64,000 bases of DNA from Octopus bimaculoides. Lineage: Eukaryota. A program made the position numbers and the translations under genes. Location of the stretch: contig NC_068982.1 in NCBI RefSeq assembly GCF_001194135.2, positions 89,594,625-89,658,624 of the forward strand. Reading direction: 5' to 3'. Shown piece by piece: positions 52,455-64,000 of the stretch; the stretch's first letter is position 1; every line of letters starts with the position of its first letter. The notes under the pieces are model-generated. The model had not been told where the DNA came from, searched no databases, and saw only the letters and a list, made by a program, of their open reading frames with translations.

Positions 52455-52830
52455 CATAACGCAGTGGTTAGGGCAGCGGACTCGTGGTCATAGGATCACG
52501 GTTTCGATTCCCAGACCGGGCGTTGTGAGTGTTTATTGAACGAAAACACCTAAAGCTCCATGAGGCTCCGGCAGGGGATGGTGGCGAACCCTACTGCACT
52601 CTTTCACCACAACTTTCTCTCACTCTAACTTCCTGTTTCTGTTGTGCCTGTATTTCAAAGGGTCAGCCTTGTCACACTGTGTCATGCTGAATATCCCCGA
52701 GAACTACGTGAAGGGTACATGTGTCTGTGGAGTGCTCAGCCACTTGCACGTTAAGTTCATGAGCAGGCTGTTCTGTTGATCGTATCAACTGGAATCCTCG
52801 ACGTCGTAAGCGACGGAGTGCCAACAACAT
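52455..52830 (+). mobile_element. Young complete tRNA-derived SINE (resembles octopus OR-type SINEs)
   Basis: gcagtggttagggcagcggactcgtggtcataggatcacggtttcgattcccagaccgggc (A/B boxes), a CpG-rich body, and a caacaaca tail. Family name is from recall and was not searched. Confidence 0.8.
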
Positions 52831-53184
52831 AACACACTGAAAGTCAGACCTCATTGTATATTGCTCTTTGAAGCAAAACATGTTTTTATTGTTATATTTA
52901 TTAATATGTAGTTAATTTATAAACTATATATATTTGTGTTATCATTTATTGGTTTGTGGCCATACTGGGGTACCACCATGAAAGGTTTTAGTCAACCACA
53001 GTACTTATTTTATTTATTTATTTATTTTTTTTTAAAGTCTGTTTTTTTTTGCCGAACCACCAAGTTATGGGGACATAAACAAACCAACACTGATTGACAA
53101 CTGGTTGACAATGACACCAACACATTTAAAATATAATAATAATGATAATGATAAATGATAATGGTTATAATAATAATGATAAAT

Positions 53185-53691
53185 GCCCTGATGCAGTACC
53201 AGGCACTGGCTCTCATGGCTTATGATTTTAACTGATTGGAAGTGTTATCAAATACATGTTTTGTCTTGGTATAAAAGATGGGCTACAGCAAATATTCTGC
53301 TCAGTACCACAGACTTGCTTGTCAGTTGTTTGACCTTAACCAGTTGAGTATATCCTTTCCTGGCTGACAATATATTCATTTCTGATCATGAGCAGAAGTA
53401 GTGAGGGAGCATCATAGCCATGTGTTGAGAGGAATTCTTTGGGATTTGAATAATTTGCCTGTGGAAGCATGGGTGTTTCATTCAACATCCTTAAACAACC
53501 CTTATTCAGGGACCTTTTGTGTGGGATGGGCTACTCAACCTGAAGAAAACAGTCCCATTAGCTTGATATGAAATCACCATGTAGCGCACATATGGTTGTG
53601 CCTGGTGTACCCTTATCAGATGGGTAGTCTGATGGGTATATTGGGCTTTGTATATTTTACCCCAGTGTCACCTTGATGGCATGTGTTGCTC
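53185..53691 (+). mobile_element. ~500-bp (TAA)n-flanked element, copy 2 of 3
   Basis: Matches 10969-11483. Preceded by ataataataatgataaat and followed by a long (AAT)n/(AAC)n array to ~53840. Confidence 0.8.
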
Positions 53692-53732
<41 letters not shown>

Positions 53733-54179
53733 TAACAACAATAATAATGACAACAATAATAAAAATAAATAATAATAATCATAAGAATAACAACAACAAC
53801 AACAGCGACAACAACAACAACAACAACAACAACAATAATAATGGTTTCAGATTTTAGCACAGGGCCAGCAGTTTTACTGGAAGGGTTTACATCGATTACA
53901 TTGACCCCAGTGTTTAACTGGTACTTATTTTATCGACCTGAAGGGATGAAAGGTAAAGTCAACCACGGTGGAGTTTGAATTCAGTATGTACAGGCAGAGA
54001 AAATGCAATAATAATGATAATAATAATAATTATTATTATTATCATTGTATATGGTGGATTTCCACATAATTGCTATCTGTCAAATTTACTCATCTGGCAT
54101 GGGCTATCAGTAGACTCTTGCCCAAAACCATATGCTTGAAAAGCATGTTTCTTAACCATCTCTTTGCCTCTATATATTA

Positions 54180-55454
54180 CAAAGGTGGTCTGAAAAGTTC
54201 ATAGGCTGACTATGAAGGAGTGATGCTTGACCTGTGAAATCGTGCATGCATTAATTTCAACTCATCTTGTTAATAATTGCATTGTTTCTGTCCAGGTAAA
54301 CTGAGATCTGACTGTTCAAAGAAGACTTCAAAAGTAACTAGTAGTGACTTCTTTTGAAAATCGACAAAATTCGGCATCATTGTGTTATCAAGTACTTGCA
54401 AAAAAAGGGTTTAGCCCCCAAGGACATTTATGCTGACATGGTCGCTACATTAGGAGATGACACTCCAGCTTTATCAACAGTGCAAATGTGGGCAGTGGAA
54501 TTTAGGAGAGGAAGGGAGAGTCTTGAAGATGACCTAAGGTCTGGAATCCAGCAACTGCCACTAATGTGGAAACACTAATTATATTCACCATGTGGTGATG
54601 AATGACAGGTGACTGATATAAGTCAAATAGCTTATACTATAAGCATATCCCATGAAATAGTTGAGAATATTCTGCACTATGAATTTGGCATGATAAAGAT
54701 TTCTGCTTGGTGGGTGCCTTGTCTTCTGACACCTGATGAAAAGCGCAGCAGGCTGATTACTTCACGGGAAAATCTGATATCGTTTTAGGCAGATCCAGCT
54801 GGTTTCCTTGAACATTTCTTAACCCAGGATGAGTGTTGGGTTTATCACTTTGAGCTGGAGACAGACAATCCATGCAGTAGAAACACACCTCCTCGCCTGC
54901 TCCAAAGAAGACTAAGGTCGTTTCATCTGCAGGGAAGATGATGGCCTGTTTTTCAGCATGCAAAAGGCTTTGTGCTTATTGACCACACCATTCAAAAGAC
55001 CACACCACCCATGGAGAGTACTATGCCAACTTGCTGAGGTAGATACAAAAAGCTATCAAGAACAAATGCCCAAGAAAACTGATGAAAGAGACTTTGTTTC
55101 ATCAGGAAAATGCTCCACCACAAAGTCCTTGGTTTCAATGGCTGCTCTGCATGACTGTGACTTTGAACTGGTTAATCATCATCCCTATTCTCCTGATTTG
55201 GCCCCATCTGACTACCATCTGTTCCCAACATTAAAAAAAAACATTTGGCTGGGAACCTGTATCGCAGTGATCACAACGTCCTATCTATTATTGCTACTAG
55301 TTACTTTTGAACAGTCAGATGTCAGTTTACCTGGAAAGAAACAATACAGTTATTAATAAGAAGGGTTTAAATTAATAAATTAATGCATGCAAGATTTCAT
55401 AGGTCTAGCATCATTACTTCATAGTCAGTCCATGATCTTTTCAGCCTACCCTCG
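54180..55454 (+). mobile_element. Mariner element (1275 bp) with a disrupted transposase and ~170-bp inverted ends
   Basis: TA flanks. MKIDKIRHHCVIKYLQKKGL..KDIYADMVATLGD..PALSTV..WA.EF.RGRESLEDD.RSG, FLTQDECWVYHF and YSPDLAPSDYHLFPTLKK. The right end 55285-55454 is the reverse complement of the left 54180-54345. Confidence 0.9.
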
Positions 55455-56192
55455 TAGTTAGAAATTATGGCCGCAGCTCTGAGCTGAAACTTTGAAAAGA
55501 AAAAAAAAAAAAAATGAAAAGATATGAAAATTTTGATTTTCCCTATACAGATTGGTATGTATGATTTGTGTGTAAGTTATAGTATAGTTCTAATGTATAT
55601 TAGTGAATAACATATTTAGAAGAGATTATAATGATTTACATGTTTTAATTGTGCTGAATATATTGATATTTTGACAATGTATGATCATTCTTTGTAGACC
55701 TAATACAAAAATGTGGTTTCTACATTCCCAAATAGCATTTGATCATTTTTCTAAGGTTGTTTACCATCAATAGAAAAAGTAATCCTGCTTTGGGTGTCAA
55801 AATCACAACTCTATCCATTGGACAAGAGATGAGGAAAATTCTCCTGTTGTGTTAAATTGGATTTCACTGTCCAGTTAAGTCTCCACTCGTTATCAATTTC
55901 TAGTGCTTTGTATTTCGTTGTTTGTTTTTTATGTTGTTTTAATGTTTTTACATAGATGAGGAGGTTGTTAGGTCATTTTGGATCCTTGGTGGAGTTTGCT
56001 GTAGGGTTAGATATAATCTGATTCTTGCAGCCTGTAAATAATTATAGTTTAGCATAGTCAAATTGCTACTATAAGGAAAACTGAAACAAGTACACACATG
56101 CACACGTGCACACACACACACACACACACACACATCTATGTATAAATAAATAGATAGCTTGATAAATAAGTAGATACTTATACACCTGTGTA

Positions 56193-56257
<65 letters not shown>

Positions 56258-56947
56258 NNNNNNNNNNNNNNNNNNNNNNNNNNNNNNNNNNNNNNNNNNN
56301 NNNNNNNNNNNNNNNNNNNNNNNNNNNNNNNNNNNNNNNNNNNNNNNNNNNNNNNNNNNNNNNNNNNNNNNNNNNNNNNNNNNNNNNNNNNNNNNNNNNN
56401 NNNNNNNNNNNNNNNNNNNNNNNNNNNNNNNNNNNNNNNNNNNNNNNNNNNNNNNNNNNNNNNNNNNNNNNNNNNNNNNNNNNNNNNNNNNNNNNNNNNN
56501 NNNNNNNNNNNNNNNNNNNNNNNNNNNNNNNNNNNNNNNNNNNNNNNNNNNNNNNNNNNNNNNNNNNNNNNNNNNNNNNNNNNNNNNNNNNNNNNNNNNN
56601 NNNNNNNNNNNNNNNNNNNNNNNNNNNNNNNNNNNNNNNNNNNNNNNNNNNNNNNNNNNNNNNNNNNNNNNNNNNNNNNNNNNNNNNNNNNNNNNNNNNN
56701 NNNNNNNNNNNNNNNNNNNNNNNNNNNNNNNNNNNNNNNNNNNNNNNNNNNNNNNNNNNNNNNNNNNNNNNNNNNNNNNNNNNNNNNNNNNNNNNNNNNN
56801 NNNNNNNNNNNNNNNNNNNNNNNNNNNNNNNNNNNNNNNNNNNNNNNNNNNNNNNNNNNNNNNNNNNNNNNNNNNNNNNNNNNNNNNNNNNNNNNNNNNN
56901 NNNNNNNNNNNNNNNNNNNNNNNNNNNNNNNNNNNNNNNNNNNNNNN

Positions 56948-56984
<37 letters not shown>

Positions 56985-57514
56985 ATATATATATGTATGT
57001 ATATATATATATGTATGTATATATATATATGTATGTATATATATATATGTATGTATATATATATATGTATGTATATATCTTTATATATATATATATATAC
57101 ATACATACATATATACATACAGAAGCTACAATAGCCCATTTCCTGTCAGCTCTGATAGATATGTCAAACTGTTTAGTTTTATTTCCCTTGACACTGACAA
57201 AGCAGCTTTACAGAAATTGTATTATAAAATACAAGATTTAGTGACATGATGGATGAGCATCACAGATGGCTGATTCATTAAAATGCAAGCACACCGACCA
57301 AAACTTTAACTGTGTTCCTAGCAAAAGCTGTTATTCTTTTGCTTAGCTGTAAATTGGCACTATGATGTGATATAGCTCACTGCTATTTGAGCGTTTAGAG
57401 GAATGTTCCTCGTGCTGCATAATGATGTGCCATATATATTTAGCTGATTTCCGAATTCAGCCCCTCATATGATATAATCTCTGAGTTGAAGACTTCTCTC
57501 CGTTTATTGAGCTA

Positions 57515-58302
57515 CGAGGGTGAGGTGAAAAGTTCATAGGATGACTAAGAAGGAGTTACCACCATACAGTAATTATACCTGGTATGTATTAAATTCAACC
57601 TTTTCTGATGCTAACTGCATGTTTTCTTTCCAAATAAATCCACATTGGATAAAGAATTGAGGACTTGGAAAAGTGGTACTAGAGATATTTGGCCCCGTAG
57701 TGTTATCAAATATCTGCAGAAAAAGGAGTTAGCTCCCAAGGACATTTATGCTGACATGGTTGCTACATTAGAGGATGATGCTCCAGCTTTATCAACTGTG
57801 CAAACGTGGGCAGCTGAATTGAAGAAGGGTAGGGAAAATCTTGAAGATGACCCAAGGTCTGGACGTTCTGTCACAGCCACCACTCAAGTAAACATCAAAG
57901 TGTTCACAACATGGTGATGAATGACAGATGTTTAAATGTTAATCAGATAGCTAATGGGAACCTGCTTCACCAGGATGATGCTCCTGCACACAAGTCTGTG
58001 GTTGTAATGACTACTGTGTGGGACTGTGACTTTGAACTGGTTGATAACCCTCCATATTCTCCTGATTTGGCACCATCTGATTATTTTCTGTTCCTCAGTT
58101 TGAAAAAAACTCTTGGCTGGGAGGCGGTATCAGACCAATGATGAGGTCATATCTGCTGTTGAGGACTTTTTTTGAGGGTCAGGATGAGGGCTTCTATACC
58201 ATGGAAGTCCAAGCGCTGCAACATCGATGGAATAAGTGTATGGACTGTATGTCGAAAAATAAAACACATTTGGTCAAGTTTGACCATTGCATCATGGTCA
58301 GC
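57515..58302 (+). mobile_element. Second mariner copy of the same family: central deletion, right TIR cut by a SINE
   Basis: (ta)cgagggtgaggtgaaaagttcatagg TIR. The HTH ORF 57645-57917 is fused to LLHQDDAPAH...YSPDLAPSDYFLF and the native C-terminus QHRWNKC. The element ends in catcatggtcagc, followed directly by SINE sequence. Confidence 0.88.
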
Positions 58303-59330
58303 TTGTGTGTTTGTGTGTCTGTGTTTGTCCCCCCAGCATCGCTTGACAACCGGTGCTGGTGTGATTATGTCCCCATCACTTAGTGGTTCGGCAAAAGAGA
58401 CCGATAGAATAAGTACTGGGCTTACAAAGAATAAGTCCCGGGGTTGATCTGCTCGACTAAAGGCGGTGCCCTAGCATGGCCGCAGTCAAATGACTGAAAC
58501 AAGTAAAAGAGCAAAAGGGAGTAATACCGGGGAAGGGAATAGGTCAATTAGATTGACCCCAGTGCTCAACTGGTACTTATTTTACCGACTCTGAAAGAAT
58601 GAAAGTCAAAAGCATCCTTAGCAGAATTTGAACCCAGAACATAAAGCTGGACAAAATGCTGCTAAGAATTTGGCCTGGCATGCTAATGATTTTGTCAGCT
58701 TGCCATCTTGAACACATATATTCAAGTGAAGTTTTAATGAAAACTTCATTGCAAGTTTTACTCTCTTGTTATTGGCTTATTTTCCATTTCTGAAGTAATC
58801 CATGCCCCACCAAAATATTTTTATGCCCCACTGGTGGAGTGTGTGCCGGACCTTGAGATATACTGAGCTAGCCTGCCATACACATGAGTTTTAACAAAGA
58901 CAGGAGCTGGAAGGGTTTGCCCAGAAGGAAAGAAGAGGTTCTAAACAAAATGGAGACCTGGCTGGAATACTTGTAGCAGAGTAAACTTTGCTAAAGGCAC
59001 CAAAAGGTGCCAGATGGTGGCATTAAACTAGGTGATGGATTAAGTCTCCCTCCCAAGAATTGTTTTAAATTTGTATATGCACTCAGTTGTCTTTTGAGAT
59101 ACATAATTTAAATATTATAATTTTTATGATAGTAATTTTGACACAAGGCCAGCAATTTTCAGGGGAGGCAGAGAGTGGCTCATATGAGCCCCAGTACTCA
59201 ACTGGTACTTACTTTATTGACCCTGGAAGGGTGAAAGGCAAAATTGACCTCAGCCAAATTTGAACTCAGAATGTTAAGAGCTAGAAGTGATGCCTTTTAT
59301 TTAACATTCTAGTGATTCTGCCAGCTCACC

Positions 59331-59364
<34 letters not shown>

Positions 59365-59392
59365 TGATGATGATGATGATGATAATAATAAT

Positions 59393-59838
59393 GTTTTGTT
59401 TTGGTAAAAAGATGGACAACAACAAATATTCTGCTCGATACCACAGGTTTGCTTGTGAGTTGTTCGACCTTAACCAGTTGAGCATGCCCCATAGTGACTG
59501 ATGATATGTGCATCTCTGATCACAAGCAGAAGTAGTAGGGGAGCATCATAGCCATGTGTTGAGAGGAATTCTTTGGGGTTTTGAATAATTCACCTTTGGA
59601 AACATGGGTGTTTTGCTTAACACCCTTAAAGTACCTTATTCAGGGACCTTTTGAGTGGGATGGGATACTCGACCTGAAGAAAATTCTAACTGGGCCCCAC
59701 CTGCAAGATTATGCATTGTGCACATATGTTTGTGATACATGTGCCTGGTGTACCCTTATCAGACAGGTAGTTATGATTACTGGGCTTCGTATATTTTACT
59801 CTAGTGTCACTTTGATGGCATGCACTGCTCTCTCACTC
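59393..59838 (+). mobile_element. ~500-bp (TAA)n-flanked element, copy 3 of 3 (left-truncated)
   Basis: Lacks the first ~75 bp of the other copies; (AAT)n arrays on both sides. Confidence 0.8.
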
Positions 59839-60629
59839 AATAGTAATAATAATAATGATAATAATAATAATAATGATAATAATAATAATAATAATAATAA
59901 TAATCCTTTCTACTATAAGCACAAAGCTTGGATTTTGTTGGGAGGGGACAGTCGATCACATCAGGTCCAGTACTCAACTGGTATTTAAATTATTGACCCC
60001 AAAAGAATGAAAAGCAAAGAATTTGAACTCAGAATGTAGCGATAGGTGAAATACCACTAAGCATTTCATCTAGCACGCTAACAATTCTTCCCCCTCACCA
60101 CCTTCATAATAATAATAATAATTTTCTGTCTCATGAAAGTGGTTCTGTCTCAATATAGGAAAACCTGTAGGCTTCGAACTCTCAAGGATTTGTATTTTTT
60201 CTTGATTCCTACTACATGACTCTTTAAAAAATATCCTCCCTACAAGACAGTGAGGCAACACTTAAGCAGCTTGCTCTGCTACAAATAGTGGCCAATTTGC
60301 AATTCTATTATGCTACTGTGAAAAAAGTAATATCTCATTCAGTAAAGTAGCCTTAGCTATTGCTAAAATGACAGTGTGATCTTAACTGGAATATTTTTAA
60401 TTACAATTGAAACCTGAAGAGTTTATGTTGCTGTTATTGTGAAACCCTAAATCAAACTTGCTTTAGTAGAACTGCCGTCATTATCATCATCATTTAACAT
60501 TCATTAAGTAATAATGATGATGATAGTTCTTGAAAAACAAGTTTGATTTGGAGTTATATCATAACACCTCCAACTTTCCACACTTTCCAGTTTGAGACAG
60601 TTGAAAAGAAAACAAGGAAAAGTTCTTAC

Positions 60630-61110
60630 CCATGTCTTTAGTTGATGGTTTGTACATGTGATAGTCATAGGAAACTGTTTCTTCAATCTCTGCAAGTGTT
60701 TTGGTAATGGCAAACTGTTCAAATAAATCTTTTAAATCCTTACGACAGCGTAACTCAAATGCTTTGAATAAATCCACAAAATCCAAGAAAGACAATTGTG
60801 TTGAATGTGTGATAGCGATTGATCTACTTTCAGAAGAGGGAAGACATCTGCCAGCATTGAGCGATCGTTTCCGTCGCCTGGAATGGTAATGCTCTGTAAA
60901 GCTGTATGTAATATTCCTTGATCTAAAGCCTGGCAAATAGTTGGTTGTTTGAATTTGGTTTATCACTGGGTCATTCAAGAAGTTTTTACTGGGTTCAGAT
61001 TTTGATTTACGGGTTGGGCTAGGAGTTTGCTGATGGCTGTAAGTAGCTTTTGATGTTGACTCACAACTACTAAATGTGCTGGAGCTGCTTGAACCTTTGG
61101 GACTGATATC
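60630..61110 (-). CDS. PLCE1: Phospholipase C epsilon, exon 1 in window (Ser-rich linker plus start of EF-hand-like region)
   Basis: Acceptor ...ttatttgagcAG|GATATC at 61111-61112 and donor ATGG|GTAAG at 60628-60629. 481 nt (phase 0 to phase 1). Encodes ...THSTQLSFLDFVDLFKAFELRCRKDLKDLFEQFA..., which I recognise as the PLC-epsilon motif LSFxxFVxLFKxFxxRxRKDLKDxF. Phase matches the next exon. Confidence 0.92.
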
Positions 61111-62559
61111 CTGCTCAAATAAAATTGACACAGAGAAACAGAAAAGAAATATCAGAAATTTTTAGACATTCAAATCTTTGAACAGATTTATTTTCCATAT
61201 GTATAAGTCGATTTAATACAATAAACGATGTAGTAGAAATTGTAGCAGAAAACTAACATCATACATTTACATATATTTGTATGTTTATAATTATACTCAT
61301 TTATTCTTTTACTTGTTTCAGTCATTTGACTGTGGCCATGCTGGAACACTACTTTTAGTTGAAGAAATCGATTCAAGAACTTATTCTTTGTAAGCCTAGT
61401 ACTAAATCTATTGGTCTCTTTGCCAAACCACTAAGTTACAGGGACGTAAACACACTGACACTGGTTGTCAAGTAATGGTCAGGGGAACAAACACAGATAC
61501 ACACACACAAATATATACATATATATATAACAGGCATCTTTCAGTTTCTGTTCACCAAATTGACTCACAAGGCTTTGGTCGGCTCAAGGTTATAGTAGTA
61601 GACACTTGTCCAAGATGTCATGCAGTGGGACTGAATCTGGAACTATGTGGTTATGAAGCAAACTTCTTACCACATAGCTACGATATATATTCATATATGT
61701 AAATATATGTATGTATACATACATATATGCATATGTGTATATTTACATGCAAATATATATACCCCCCCCCCNNNNNNNNNNNNNNNNNNNNNNNNNNNNN
61801 NNNNNNNNNNNNNNNNNNNNNNNNNNNNNNNNNNNNNNNNNNNNNNNNNNNNNNNNNNNNNNNNNNNNNNNNNNNNNNNNNNNNNNNNNNNNNNNNNNNN
61901 NNNNNNNNNNNNNNNNNNNNNNNNNNNNNNNNNNNNNNNNNNNNNNNNNNNNNNNNNNNNNNNNNNNNNNNNNNNNNNNNNNNNNNNNNNNNNNNNNNNN
62001 NNNNNNNNNNNNNNNNNNNNNNNNNNNNNNNNNNNNNNNNNNNNNNNNNNNNNNNNNNNNNNNNNNNNNNNNNNNNNNNNNNNNNNNNNNNNNNNNNNNN
62101 NNNNNNNNNNNNNNNNNNNNNNNNNNNNNNNNNNNNNNNNNNNNNNNNNNNNNNNNNNNNNNNNNNNNNNNNNNNNNNNNNNNNNNNNACATATGTACAT
62201 GCATACATACATACATGTGTACGTACATACATACATACATATGTACATACATACATACATATGTATGTACAGACATACATATGTATGTACAGACATACAT
62301 ATGTATGTACATACATACATATGTATGTACATACATACATATGTACGTACATACATACATATGTACGTACATACATACATATGTACATGCATACATACAT
62401 ATGTACGTACATACATACATATGTACATGCATACATACATACATATGTACATGCATACATACATACATATGTATGTACATACATACATATGTACATGCAT
62501 ACATACATACATACATACATACATACGTACATACATACATACGTACATACATACATAAC

Positions 62560-62695
62560 TTTATTACCAGTTGTTCTGATATATTGGTGGGCACAATGGG
62601 TTTCCATTCTGACCTTCCTTCTTTTCCATTTGGACCCAAATGGTTTGACAAAATCATCTTCCCAGTGTCTAGCAATCCTTCTGAATCAACTTGTC
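62560..62695 (-). mobile_element. RTE-like LINE 3' end running into a (TATG)n satellite
   Basis: Minus frame FRRIARHWEDDFVKPFGSKWKRRKVRMETHCAHQY resembles the RTE terminal R..RW.DD....G..W...A.R..W motif. It abuts the (TACA)n-derived array 62189-62557. Confidence 0.55.
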
Positions 62696-62994
62696 ATATA
62701 TCTATCTATCTATATATATGTATATATATGTATATATACATTCATTGTAATGATGAAGTCAAATCAAAGATCATTATTTAGATTCACTTCATTATTATAA
62801 CTTGTATGACTCAATGCCATTACAAACTAGCTGACCCAAACTACACTTACACAGATATACTAACAATGATTTGGAGTAGTTTTCTTATATTTGACCAGTA
62901 TCAAAATTTCTGGTACTGTGTACTGTTTCTTAGCATAGCACTATATAAATATATATATATATATATAAGTCCAGTGTGTGGCATTATTCTGTAG

Positions 62995-63028
<34 letters not shown>

Positions 63029-63247
63029 GAAGAAATTGGAGTCAACAAGAAGGGGTATGGCTGGACATATATTTTTTAATCACTGCAATTGTTTCAATGC
63101 AACTTAGTGCTCCAGGTGTGCAAGTACAAGATTATACAACTGTTTCCCTGCCTTATGAGATTTAGTTGTTTCCTCAGGTGCATATCCGAATTTGTGTGCA
63201 TGTGGGTATATGCATATGTATGTGTCTAAATAAATATAATATGTATA

Positions 63248-63544
63248 CAGTGGCGGACTGACTAGATTGCCAGGTTGCACAATGGCAAGTGGGCCCCTGT
63301 GCCATTAGAATCCATACATGGGGGGGCCCATGTTAGTATCTAAGGGGCCCATTCCCCTAAGTTTGAGAATTTTTTATTCACTCCTGGAAGAATGCATTAA
63401 TTATTTCAGTCTGGCTGTGTTTGTAGACAGTTGAAAAGAATACTTTTAACAAAAAAAAAAAAAAATTAAATGATAGCATTGTAGATGCAGGTGGGCCTGC
63501 TTAGTCTCCTGGCAACCAATATTTTTAGACCCTGTCCGCCACTG
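63248..63544. mobile_element. hAT-type MITE with 8-bp TSD
   Basis: TIRs CAGTGGCGGAC / GTCCGCCACTG, with identical 8-bp flanks TATGTATA at 63240-63247 and 63545-63552. Confidence 0.92.
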
Positions 63545-63881
63545 TATGTATATGTGTACAGGTGTATATATAATATGTATTATATATATCTATGAGTATT
63601 AATAAATTCAAAAAAAGGATAAAAATCTTTTACAAGAATTTTATCAGGAAGCCAGTGTGTAAAAAAATTCATAAGGGAAATTAAATGTGTTTATTTGGGA
63701 AGTCCAGTGTGTGGCATTATTCTGTAGTAATGCCCCTATATAAATATATCTATGCATAGATATGTTTGTATATGGGTATGTGTGTGGATATATATCTTTA
63801 TATGTATGGGTGTGAGTATGTTGGTGTGCATGTGTGTATATACATGTGTGTATATACATATGTATATGTATGTGTAGATGC

Positions 63882-63915
<34 letters not shown>

Positions 63916-63953
63916 ATATATATATAAATATACAACATATATATATATGTGTG

Positions 63954-64000
<47 letters not shown>

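Noticed and set aside
52455-52530. tRNA gene (also heads at 25672 and 35826)
   Set aside because: A/B-box-like heads continue into SINE bodies and tails, and no complete cloverleaf or acceptor stem is present.
55948-57249. Long ORFs of 300-380 aa here, at 39655-40709 and at 61647-62800
   Set aside because: They consist of N-gap (X) plus YI/HT/CV/MYV translations of microsatellites and are not genes.
62560-62690. Open minus-strand frame (EGLLDTGKMILSNHLGP...) as an upstream PLC exon
   Set aside because: There is no polypyrimidine tract or PLC similarity, and another frame matches a LINE C-terminal motif better.

Overview
Eukaryotic, AT-rich, microsatellite-dense genomic DNA with six N-gaps (about 16351-16556, 17366-17471, 24472-24591, 39743-40631, 56258-56947, 61772-62188). 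The SINE repertoire and repeat style suggest an octopus or other coleoid cephalopod (inference). The window lies inside one minus-strand gene, phospholipase C epsilon (PLCE1-like). I traced eight consecutive coding exons by hand (60630-61110, 43414-43628, 39093-39215, 37250-37354, 33038-33145, 27713-27829, 12184-12336, ~4822-4930). Their splice sites and phases are compatible and they join into about 470 aa in frame: Ser-rich linker, EF-hand-like region, the PI-PLC X box with both catalytic histidines, and the acidic start of the X-Y linker. The gene continues beyond both window ends. The introns (1.7-17 kb) are filled with tRNA-derived SINEs, RTE, L1/Tx1 and R4/Dong LINE fragments, mariner, maT, hAT and Chapaev-like relics, piggyBac and hAT MITEs, and several palindromes. 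I found no prokaryote-type system (no CRISPR, no operon) and cannot claim a proven new system. The best leads are: (1) a 1.7-kb near-perfect palindrome just upstream of exon 8 in the pre-mRNA; (2) retroelements that appear to target (TAA)n, namely a Dong/R4 RT plus three copies of a ~500-bp element; (3) a foldback/MITE family present in both a 145-bp and a 2.2-kb cargo-carrying form; (4) a CpG-rich promoter-like module antisense in an intron; (5) a possible GC-AG donor; (6) a perfect 7 x 41-bp hairpin-unit minisatellite. Repeat boundaries were read by eye and are approximate unless stated as exact.
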